From Candidatus Saccharimonadota bacterium (lineage in GTDB: Bacteria; Pseudomonadota; Alphaproteobacteria; Rickettsiales; Anaplasmataceae), in contig NZ_CP046579.1 in assembly GCF_013365475.1 (NCBI RefSeq), positions 450,001-482,000 on the forward strand: a stretch of 32,000 nt of DNA, given 5' to 3'. Both the position numbers and the translations under genes were made by a program. Positions 10,137 through 18,893 of this stretch are shown here, piece after piece (position 1 is the first letter of the stretch; every line of letters begins with the position of its first letter). A model generated the notes under the pieces. That model was not told the origin of the DNA, did no database searches, and worked only from the letters and a program-made list of their open reading frames with translations.

Positions 10137-11707
10137 TAGAATATAATTATATATTAATATGTGATATAAGTATTTTAGATGATAGAAATTTTTCAAGATG
10201 TCTAATATAAAAGAAAAAGCTAAAGCAAAATTTTCTGAGTGTATTAAAGATAATACATAAAAGTTGCTGTAATGACAGTAATCACTTCAGTGAAAATTAT
10301 GCTGGATGATATCATAGGTAAAAATAACAAAACTAAAAATTTTTTAATGTCAGTTAATGATAGTAGAGAAGTTATAACTAGTTATACTACAATAATATGG
10401 GAATAGTAAAAAAGTTAGGTGTTATAGCTAAGTTAATTCTTCTTCACAAACACATAAATATGTGTGATAGAAAATGATACAGCGTTAACCCAAGCGCTGT
10501 AGCGATTACGCTACTTGAATAATAAAGTAATAAATTAAGTAGTAAAGATTTAGGAGAAAACGCAAATATGAAATAAAATATAGCGAGAGATTAAGTTTTA
10601 TCAATACTATCAAAGTACAAGAACAGCAGAGAGAACTAATGACTGAGAAATTAGCTTCACCTAATTACAGTTAAATACTGTAATCAAACTATAAAATAAC
10701 GAGAATAGTTTATATTACCTGTATAGGTGCTTTGTATTCTTAAGTAAAATTTTAGACTTTTTCTCATTCTTATAATCCTAAAGCTTGTTACAATAGTTGA
10801 CCTGCTTGCCCAAATTTCATAATTAAATCTAATAGTTCGTTTATATTTCTTAGTTGAGTTATGTCCCTCATGCTTTTATGAGCCTGTACATCTCTTTTGA
10901 GACTTTTTATCTACTTTTTCTTTAATATTACTGCTCCTTGCAATATAGCACTAGCTTTATATGTATTGTAAATCTGTGTATTTTCATACCATTCATATCA
11001 GATGACTAGATCTCTAACACTTTTTAGTTGTATATAATACTTGTGCTGCAAGATCTATAAAATATAAAGCTATTAAACTTTTGCATTTTAATATTTTCTA
11101 TCAGACTTAATTCCCCATTTTGATTCCTTGCTTTGGTTCTATTTTTTTGATTATAAGGGTAAATGATTTACTCTATCAGTTAGTCTTGATAAGCTTTTAT
11201 TACATGTTATTCTACTTATTCTTTATTTGAAGTGATTTTTTCATTAGTGAAATAAAGTTTTTTAACACTATTATAGGACGTGCTGAAACTTTTAAATTTT
11301 CCCTTAATAGGTAATTTCTGCTACTTGAAAGGGTTTAATAGAGGGAGGGTCTTTTGTTATTGTTAGTCTCCTTAACGGGAGGGGCATTCTACTTTTGATA
11401 TGTAAAGACTTCTTTATGATTTCTGTACTGAAATTTGATAATATCACTTCATCGCTTGATGCTCATACTATATTAAAATTAATGAGGTATCTCTCTGACT
11501 ATTTTAGATGTTCTGTTGCTTGTATTAACTTCAGGTCTCACTTCGTTTATTTTCAATTTGCTAGTAATACAACTTAGATACAAATGATTAAATATGACTA
11601 TACATGAATGCTGCTTTAGGAAGGCCTCTGTAGCGCTCAAATATAAAAAACAAAGACTTGATTTTATGCCTAAATAATAGATTATTGAGTACCATATAAG
11701 CATTCAG
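10137..11707. other. 1.57-kb ORF-free stretch, presumed decayed DNA of unknown origin
   Basis: No ORF of 60 aa or more except at its 3' edge. All six frames are full of stops. No tRNA-like or known ncRNA motif recognised. Confidence 0.5.
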
Positions 11708-13081
11708 ATGCAAGAAAAAATTTTCACAATTGTTGATGGTTATGGTTTTCTTTTCAGGGCTTATTATGTTTTGCATAATTTAATCACTACAACTGGCATC
11801 CCAATAGGGGCTGTATATGGCTTTCTTAATATGATTCTAAAGTATATTACATGTTCAGATTACTTAGTTATAGCACTTGACTCTGGGAAGAAGAATTTTA
11901 GGCACGATTTATATTATAAGTACAAAGCAAACAGAATAACACCCCATAAAGATTTAATCACGCAATTTGCAATACTGAAGGAAGCAATAGAAGCCTTTAA
12001 TCTTAGTTACGAAGAGGTTGAAGGCTATGAAGCAGATGATATAATTGCAACACTAGTTGCAAAATATGCTAACCATAAAGGCTTCAAAGTAGTAGTAGTT
12101 TCATCAGATAAAGATTTGCTTCAGCTGTTGAGTTACAATATTCTTATATTTGATCCTATTAAAAATATATATATAAATGAAAAACAAGTAATAGAAAAGT
12201 TTGGTGTAAATTCAAGTAAACTTCTTGATTTATTTTCTCTAATTGGTGATGTACCTGATAACATTCCTGGTGTTCCAGGAATAGGTCCAAAAACCGCGAT
12301 TAAACTTCTAGATGAGTTTAATTCGGTAGATAATATTATGGAAAATATTAATAACATCAAGCAAACAAGGATTCGTAATATTTTCACTGAACATAAAGAA
12401 AAAGCATTGCTTTCAAAAAAACTTTTTTCTCTATGTGAAAAAGTAAATCTTCAGTGTGATATTGCAAAATATGAGGTCTATTCTCCAAACACAAGGGAAT
12501 TGCTACCCTTTTTGAAGAAGTATGAATTTCATTCTTTAGTATACAAAATAGAGAAGCTTTTTCCACAAAGTAAACCTGGAATAAAAGATAAAATAGAATA
12601 TGGAAGCGAAAGATTAGAAAAATTTTTAGAGTGTTGTAGATATAATGGTAAAATTGCAATCTACTGTCATTTTGAAAATAATGTATTAAACATGGTTTCC
12701 TTATCTTATAGTGAGGATAGTATTTTTTATATAAACCAAAATTGCCTGCAAGATGCATTGGTTATAGTAAATTCAACTCTGCTTTTAAGAGGAGTACTTA
12801 AAATAATATGCAACATTAGGGAAATAAGAAAAATATTTCCTGTAATAGAAAAAGTGCTAAGCTCAGTTGACGATTTGATGATAATGTCATATAGTCTTGA
12901 TAGAGAGAAGCATGATCATAGTATCTTGAGCATAGTTATTCATAACTTAAGTGGAAGTATAAAAACTTTTTCAGCAAAAACATTAGTAGTGATCTATAAA
13001 AAGCTAACGCAAAGACTATTTCAGGAAAAGCTTTTTACAGTCTATGAGCGTTTTGATAAGCTGCTTATGAATGATGTTTAA
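11708..13081 (+). CDS. polA: DNA polymerase I N-terminal fragment: 5'-3' exonuclease (FEN-like) domain plus vestigial 3'-5' exo-like region; polymerase domain missing from the ORF
   Basis: 457-aa ORF. 5'-nuclease motifs are intact: 'IVDGYGFLFRAYY', 'ALDSGKKNFRHDLYYKYKANR', 'EGYEADDIIATL', 'VSSDKDLLQL', H3TH 'LIGDVPDNIPGVPGIGPKTA'. The ORF ends at TAA 13079-13081, about where the polymerase (thumb) domain should begin. Confidence 0.85.
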   Translation: MQEKIFTIVDGYGFLFRAYYVLHNLITTTGIPIGAVYGFLNMILKYITCSDYLVIALDSGKKNFRHDLYYKYKANRITPHKDLITQFAILKEAIEAFNLSYEEVEGYEADDIIATLVAKYANHKGFKVVVVSSDKDLLQLLSYNILIFDPIKNIYINEKQVIEKFGVNSSKLLDLFSLIGDVPDNIPGVPGIGPKTAIKLLDEFNSVDNIMENINNIKQTRIRNIFTEHKEKALLSKKLFSLCEKVNLQCDIAKYEVYSPNTRELLPFLKKYEFHSLVYKIEKLFPQSKPGIKDKIEYGSERLEKFLECCRYNGKIAIYCHFENNVLNMVSLSYSEDSIFYINQNCLQDALVIVNSTLLLRGVLKIICNIREIRKIFPVIEKVLSSVDDLMIMSYSLDREKHDHSILSIVIHNLSGSIKTFSAKTLVVIYKKLTQRLFQEKLFTVYERFDKLLMNDV

Positions 13082-14140
13082 CTAGAGAGAAAGTGTAGTA
13101 TTGCTAAATGTTCAAGGTGATAGAAATTCTTAGTAAATTTTAGTAGTTACTCTTCTCACTATATTTGGAAGTGATATATCAAGCATCAGTTGGAGGTTTA
13201 ATATTTGCTTTACTAAAAAATCAAGTTGAGTTTTGTTTTTAGGACATGTCCATTCCAGAAAAAAGAAAGGTCAAAATTTGGACTTATACATAGACTCTGA
13301 AGTTTTGGAATGATTTAGAATGTAAGTGGCTAAAATTATAAGTAATATTTTAGATTGTTAACACTCAAATAAACTAGATGGTACTTGCACTGGCGCGTTT
13401 AATAGATGGTTAATCCTCTCATAGAGTAAAGTGCATGTAGGTTTTGATAGTTTCAGTAGAAATCCCTCAGTCCTAGTAACTCTCTAATCTAGATGGTATT
13501 CCTATAAGGAGAGCGGTGAAATCTGACTGGATAAGTATTCATTGGAGCGAAAAGGTGATAGTTGTGTGTTTTATCAATTGTTCGAATAGGATTGAGACTT
13601 TTGGTACACGGTGCAGCATCTTTAAGATATTTAGATTACTAATGTCACTATAAAGCAAGTTTTCGAGTACAAGAAGAAGGTACAGATAAACAAATAAGAT
13701 AAAAAATTCCAATAGTTGTCTTAGCCATTATATAGCGTAACCTGTCCTGCTTTAGAAGCAGTTTTAAAGCTACCTGCTTAAGAGGCTTCTGAATATATTA
13801 GTCATTATTTCTTCTTTTATCTAGGATAAAGATCTATATGAATGGAGGGTAGGTACTTATTTATTGCAAGTAAAGAAGCAAAATAATTCTCCAGGTTCGT
13901 AGTAAACTACTAATTGAGTTATAGGCAATAATGCACAAGAAGTAGTAAAACACATGAAATGTATGGTAAGAAATATAGTGAAAATTTTTGTACTATTTAA
14001 GATGAAGGTCAAATCAACTGTAATTGAGGTTTTAATCTTAGTTATGATTTAAGTGATAAAATTTTGAGGAAAAGATTATTTGAACTGATATGAAAAATAA
14101 GATATAATTTAAATATATATGAGTACACGGGTCAGTATCG
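13082..14140 (+). pseudogene. polA: Decayed DNA polymerase I polymerase domain (frameshifts and stops)
   Basis: Hand translation finds collinear Pol I motif relics in different frames. 13230-13310: 'VLFLGHVHSRKKKGQNLDLYIDSEVLE*' (cf. ILFEKLGLP..KKTKTG.YST..EVLEEL). 13483-13509: 'SNLDGIPIR' (cf. PNLQNIPIR). 13579-13599: 'CSNRIET' (cf. motif A DYSQIELR). 13725-13811: 'PLYSVTCPALEAVLKLPA*EASEYISHYF' (cf. motif B region GxxYGxSxFGLAxxLxIxxxEAxxYIxxYF). Possibly 14002-14031: 'MKVKSTVIEV' (cf. motif C QVHDE). The 3' boundary is approximate. Confidence 0.8.
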
Positions 14141-14147
14141 AATCTCT

Positions 14148-14660
14148 ATGCGTGAGGAATTTGAGCCTTTTAAAGTTTTAAGTAAAGATAGTGAAGTAAT
14201 CCCCGAAGGGAAGTATAAGGTAATATATTATACCTTTATGCAATTGATAAAAAATAAAGTGCTCTCTGAAGAGATAAAAGAAGAGGATAAGGTTGCATTT
14301 ACTTTCATGCTAGATCAAGGCAAGTTTGTATTCAAAAATGCTAAATTAAAATATATAAAATTACTAAGTGAAGAAAGTTTTCTTCAGTTTTTGCTTTCTA
14401 TACTTGAGAGAGTTAAGAAAGGGAATTTAGCAAGCAAAGAAAATTTAAAGAATGGTGAAGTAGAGAAAATAATTGATGAATGCATGTCTGATATATGCAA
14501 CACGGAAGCTAAAGATTCTTTTGTGAAGCTTATTGGGTGGCTATTTGGGATCAACATAGATCCTAATTTTTTTTTGGTTCTTTCAAGTGTGGATTGTTAT
14601 TTCCTAATAAAGGCAAAAAAGAAAATGATGGATTACTACTTGGTGATGAAGGGATGGTAA
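14148..14660 (+). CDS. Hypothetical protein, possibly the 5' part of a frameshifted gene
   Basis: 170-aa K/E-rich ORF with no recognisable family. A T9 tract at 14567-14575 lies where the next ORF's frame opens. Confidence 0.35.
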   Translation: MREEFEPFKVLSKDSEVIPEGKYKVIYYTFMQLIKNKVLSEEIKEEDKVAFTFMLDQGKFVFKNAKLKYIKLLSEESFLQFLLSILERVKKGNLASKENLKNGEVEKIIDECMSDICNTEAKDSFVKLIGWLFGINIDPNFFLVLSSVDCYFLIKAKKKMMDYYLVMKGW

Positions 14661-15049
14661 TGATATTCTTATGCAAATTTTTATCCCATATTATCCTTTT
14701 TGCTTTTTCAACACTGGTATTTAGCATTAGCCCAGTTATGTCAACAATCAATTGTATTCTTCTTATATTATCCATATCAGTAGCAATAAAGAGCCTCTTT
14801 TCAAATGATAAAAAAGATACCTTATATAATCCTAATTCGTTAGATAAGATGAAATGGAGCGATAAAATTAGTGATGGTATTAGTAAAATTTTAGGAACAG
14901 AAATTGAAAAGGACAAATTGCCTGTCAAAACAAGAGAAAACAGTAAGCTATTTACTATGTTTGATAAAGTTAAGGCCAACCAAAATAAATCCTTTCAGTG
15001 GAAAGAAGATGATCGTAGAAAAGTAGTAGGAAATCAGCATGGTTTATAG
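14594..15049 (+). CDS. Hypothetical membrane protein, possibly the 3' part of a frameshifted gene
   Basis: 151-aa ORF with a TTG start in the track; its frame is open from 14567. Hydrophobic segments followed by a K/D/E-rich tail. The composition is more protein-like than the antisense ORF 14563-14979. Overlaps the tldD 3' end by 6 nt. Confidence 0.3.
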   Translation: MLFPNKGKKENDGLLLGDEGMVMIFLCKFLSHIILFAFSTLVFSISPVMSTINCILLILSISVAIKSLFSNDKKDTLYNPNSLDKMKWSDKISDGISKILGTEIEKDKLPVKTRENSKLFTMFDKVKANQNKSFQWKEDDRRKVVGNQHGL

Positions 15050-16471
15050 CTCAGTTCCCCCTACTGTGATTGAATCGATCTTGAGTGTTGGTTGACCAAC
15101 GCCAACTGGTACATCTTGCCCATTTTTTGAACACGTGCCAATGCCAGGATCTAGCTTTAAATCGTTGCCAATCATAGATATTTTCTTCAGTACTGTTGGA
15201 CCATCACCGATTAGTGTCACACCTTTGACAGGCTGTGTAACTTTACCATTTTCTATTAAATAGGCTTCTGAGGATGAAAAGATAAATTTCCCTGAAGTTA
15301 TATCAACTTGCCCGCCACTAAAATTTACTGCATATAGACCTTTTCTTACACTAGATATTATTTCTTCTGGTGTATACTTGCCTGGTAACATATAGGTATT
15401 TGTCATGCGTGGCATAGTAATTTTTTTATAGCTTTCCCTTCTGCCATTACCAGTTGTGTTGACACCCATGAGTTTAGCGTTCATATAATCCTGCATATAT
15501 CCCTTTAAAATTCCATCTTCTATCAATACGTTATAACTAGCAGTTGTGCCTTCATCATCTATACTAATAGAACCACGTAAGTTAGGTAAAGTTCCATCAT
15601 CAACTACTGTAATGGCGTCAGATGCTACTTGCTTGCCAATAGAATCTGAAAATGCTGAAACTCCTTTACGATTAAAATCACCTTCAAGCCCATGACCTAC
15701 AGCTTCATGTAACAAAACCCCAGGCCAACCTGAACCTAGGACAACCGTCATCTCTCCAGCTAGAGTTGGAACTGCTTCAAGGTTTACTAATGCTTGTTCT
15801 AGCGCTTGGTTTGCAACTCCTTTCCATTTTTTTTCAGAGATAAATTTACTATAAAAGTTCCTTCCTCCATGCCCAGCAAAACCCCTTTCAGTACGGCCAT
15901 TTTTCTCTACAATAACTATCACATTAAAACAAACCAAGGGCCTGATGTCACTTAATCTGTAATCGTCTCTTATTATTTGTATAACTTGCCACTCTCCACT
16001 CAGAGTTACCTTTACTTGCTTTACACAAGTATTCTTAGACCTTACATACTCATTAACTTCATTAATCAGCTTTATTTTTGAGGTCAGATCTATTTCATTT
16101 ATTGGGTTAATCCTATGATATAGATTCTTTGTCTCATCTTTTAATCTTGTGAAATTTGCTTTGTTTAAAGATGTTGAACTTCTCACTATAGAAGCAGCGT
16201 TACTAATTTCTTTTTCACTGATCTCAGAAGAGCATATAAAGGACGTATTACTCTCGCAAAAAGACCTCAGGCCAAAACCTTTTCTGGTATTCAAATTCAT
16301 ATGCTTCAGTATGTTATCATTAAAAATCAAAGACTCTGATTGGCAAAACTCTAAGAATAGCTCACCACCATCACTATTGCTCAGAGCATTACTGACTATT
16401 TTATGTATATTACTAATATTCACATCATTTTGAGCAAAAAATATTTGATCTATGTCTATGTTATCTGGCAT
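15044..16471 (-). CDS. tldD: Metalloprotease TldD
   Basis: 475-aa ORF. 'HEAVGHGLEGDFNRKG' zinc motif and C-terminal 'GxC.KxGQ..PVG.G.P...I..ITVGG' typical of the TldD/PmbA family. Confidence 0.9.
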   Translation of the reverse strand: MPDNIDIDQIFFAQNDVNISNIHKIVSNALSNSDGGELFLEFCQSESLIFNDNILKHMNLNTRKGFGLRSFCESNTSFICSSEISEKEISNAASIVRSSTSLNKANFTRLKDETKNLYHRINPINEIDLTSKIKLINEVNEYVRSKNTCVKQVKVTLSGEWQVIQIIRDDYRLSDIRPLVCFNVIVIVEKNGRTERGFAGHGGRNFYSKFISEKKWKGVANQALEQALVNLEAVPTLAGEMTVVLGSGWPGVLLHEAVGHGLEGDFNRKGVSAFSDSIGKQVASDAITVVDDGTLPNLRGSISIDDEGTTASYNVLIEDGILKGYMQDYMNAKLMGVNTTGNGRRESYKKITMPRMTNTYMLPGKYTPEEIISSVRKGLYAVNFSGGQVDITSGKFIFSSSEAYLIENGKVTQPVKGVTLIGDGPTVLKKISMIGNDLKLDPGIGTCSKNGQDVPVGVGQPTLKIDSITVGGTEL

Positions 16472-16531
16472 TGCCTTGAACTAAAAGTTACTTAAGTGTA
16501 TTATTTAATTTTAATATAGTAAACTACAAAA

Positions 16532-16616
16532 AGCCAGGGTGGCGAAATTGGTATACGCGCTAGCTTCAGGTGCTAGTAACTTTTCAAGTTATGGAAGTTC
16601 AAATCTTCTCTCTGGC
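16532..16616 (+). tRNA. tRNA-Leu (anticodon CAG), type II with long variable arm
   Basis: Hand-folded. Acceptor GCCAGGG/CTCTGGC (one G-T pair), anticodon stem CTAGC/GCTAG, loop TTCAGGT, variable arm AACTT-TTC-AAGTT, T-loop TTCAAAT, discriminator A. CCA is not encoded. Confidence 0.85.
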
Positions 16617-17112
16617 ACTCTTAATTTTTTATTTTTAAGCAAAGTAACTTTGTAACGTATATGCTTGCTAAGTTTGAATTTATGAGGGAAGAGAGGCTTT
16701 CTTACAGGAAAACATGAACTCGCTAAGGATGCTAGGTTACATATAGCTTAATATGGTAATTCATCTTAGATTACCTAACTTTTTATGGAATACAAGTTAT
16801 GTAGTGCCTAAGTAGTAAGAACAATTGAAGCAGACTATATTGTATAATACTTGATCTCAAATCTATAGTAAAATAATAAAAAAGCAGATAGAAATTAGTA
16901 GCATACCTATTATACAAATGTGCTGTTGAAGTAATAGGTAACTAAGAAGGGAAGGGATCAATGTTTATATTTAGTATGACAATTTTACAAAAAAATAGTA
17001 AAACTCTAAGTTATTAAAAGTACCAGTAACTATCATTGCTATAGCTAGAAAATTTTTATTTAGTAATTTATTTATAAAGGTATTATTTTTATCTATAGTA
17101 AAACAAGTTAGA

Positions 17113-17820
17113 ATGAAGTCCATCTTATTAACGAGACCTTTATCAGATTCATTGAACACAAGAAATACGTTGAGAAAATATGGATATAAAGTATATATAG
17201 AGCCGGTGTTCACAATAAAGTACTTACAGCCTGATATATCTACATATGAATTTGATGTAGTAATATCTACAAGCAAGAATAGTGTAAAGGCATTTACTCA
17301 AATATGTAAGGTAGATGATATTCAGATTGTTGCAGTTGGCAACTCGACTATGCAAACTGCAAAGGATTTAGGATTCTCTAATATTATATCAGCAGATAGC
17401 AATGTTGATGGTCTGGTATCATTTATAAAAAATCACTATTCAATAACAGTAAAGTTTTTGTATATAAGAGGGCAAGAAGTATCGTGCGATTTAAAGAAGA
17501 GGTTATCTGAAGAAGGTTTTTATGTGAGAGAAGTCATACTCTATAAAACAATCATTAAAAAGAGCCTAACCAATAGGTGCAAAAACTTATTATCTGGTAA
17601 TAAAGTCAATAGTATTGTTTTTTTTTCCTCACAGACAGCAAGAGTGTTTTGTTCTTTAGTCCTAAAAAGCGGTCTATCATATACAATGGCGAGTATAATC
17701 GCATATACTATGAGTAAGAATATTGCTGATAGTTTAAAGTTAGTCAAGTGGAAAAAGATTATGACATCGAAGCTACCTACCATGGAAAGTTTAATTAATA
17801 TAATTAATAAAGATCACTAA
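17113..17820 (+). CDS. hemD: Probable uroporphyrinogen-III synthase
   Basis: 235-aa ORF. The 'ILLTRP' N-terminus and overall size and pattern fit HemD. Overlaps the xthA start by 1 nt (TAATG). Confidence 0.6.
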   Translation: MKSILLTRPLSDSLNTRNTLRKYGYKVYIEPVFTIKYLQPDISTYEFDVVISTSKNSVKAFTQICKVDDIQIVAVGNSTMQTAKDLGFSNIISADSNVDGLVSFIKNHYSITVKFLYIRGQEVSCDLKKRLSEEGFYVREVILYKTIIKKSLTNRCKNLLSGNKVNSIVFFSSQTARVFCSLVLKSGLSYTMASIIAYTMSKNIADSLKLVKWKKIMTSKLPTMESLINIINKDH

Positions 17821-18599
17821 TGTTGAAAGTTGCAACTTGGAACGTGAACTCTATACGCAGGAGGATTGGCCAAGTTTGTGATTTCATAATTGATGATCAA
17901 ATAGATATAATTCTACTGCAAGAGATAAGATGCACGGAGAAGCAGTTTCCTTATGATGAGATAGAAAGGCTTGGATATAAATGTGCTGTCTATGGACAGG
18001 TTGCAAGGAATGGCGTTTGCATTTTATCTAAACATCCAATACTCGAGACATTTACAATTGATATTGTAAAGGATTACAAGGAAGCACGTTATGTAGAATG
18101 CGTAATAAAATACAATAATCAAAAGGTAAGAGTGGCAAGTATATATATTCCAAATGGTCAGAGCCCTGATTCTTGTGCTTTTGCATATAAGCTTAAGTTT
18201 TATGATAACTTATATAAAAAAACAAATGATTTATTGAAAAATGAAGAGCTGACTATTGTAGCCGGTGATTATAATGTTGCGCTAGATGAAATTGATGTTT
18301 TTGATCCTGTTTTTTTTAATGGCAAAATATGCTTCCATATAGAAGAGCGTGAAAAGTTGAGGGCAATTTTAAATCTTGGGTTCAAAGATGCATTTAGAAT
18401 ATCTCACCCAGATTTACAGCAATTTACTTGGTGGGATTATAGATGCAATTCATTTCTAAGGAACCAAGGAATGCGAATAGATTATATACTATTATCACCA
18501 CAGGCTGCAGATAGATTAGAAATGTGCTACATAGAAGATAAATTTCGAGAACTAAGAAATCCATCTGATCATATACCTGTTGTATGTACTATATGGTGA
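17820..18599 (+). CDS. xthA: Exodeoxyribonuclease III (AP endonuclease)
   Basis: 259-aa ORF. 'ATWNVNSIRRR', 'LQEIR', 'AGDYNVA', 'TWWDYR', 'PSDHIPV'. Confidence 0.92.
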   Translation: MLKVATWNVNSIRRRIGQVCDFIIDDQIDIILLQEIRCTEKQFPYDEIERLGYKCAVYGQVARNGVCILSKHPILETFTIDIVKDYKEARYVECVIKYNNQKVRVASIYIPNGQSPDSCAFAYKLKFYDNLYKKTNDLLKNEELTIVAGDYNVALDEIDVFDPVFFNGKICFHIEEREKLRAILNLGFKDAFRISHPDLQQFTWWDYRCNSFLRNQGMRIDYILLSPQAADRLEMCYIEDKFRELRNPSDHIPVVCTIW

Positions 18600-18893
18600 G
18601 TAGTTCTTTCGAGAGAAGAAAGGGAAGTATAATTGTTGTGTAATGTCATAATGGGAGTTATAATAACTATATTAAATACTTTTTGTATATGGAATAGATA
18701 ATAAATAGAGATCAATAAAACTAATTTTATGAAGAAAGATAAAATCTGGAGTTCAAAATATTGAAGGTATTAGTAAAGTTGTATACTATATGGTTTAGAA
18801 GTTTAGTGGGATTTTAGCAATTTTAGAGTTAATACTTGTTGAATATTTAGTACTCTAAAATTTAGATTACGCTTTAATTATGTCAGGGGGCCC

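Noticed and set aside
10254-10280. 'HKSCCNDSNH' in one frame echoes the 'MSKCCCNDKQG' N-terminus of the 4101 ORF, raising the possibility of a decayed paralog.
   Set aside because: Only about 5 residues match. There is no start codon, stops flank it, and downstream similarity is not convincing. This may well be chance.
10137-11707. IS element, group II intron or prophage remnant as the explanation for the coding desert.
   Set aside because: I found no terminal inverted repeats, no DDE, reverse-transcriptase or integrase-like translated motifs, and no intron domain-V-like hairpin. The origin remains unknown.
16861-17103. 13-nt direct repeat ATCTATAGTAAAA at 16861-16873 and 17091-17103, the second copy 10 nt upstream of the hemD ATG. 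There is also an 8-bp inverted repeat ACCTATTA/TAATAGGT near 16905-16940.
   Set aside because: Short AT-rich repeats of this length are expected several times by chance in 32 kb of AT-biased DNA, and there is no further supporting structure.
16971-17276. 101-aa minus-strand ORF overlapping the hemD start.
   Set aside because: Antisense to the HemD N-terminus, with low-complexity composition and no support.
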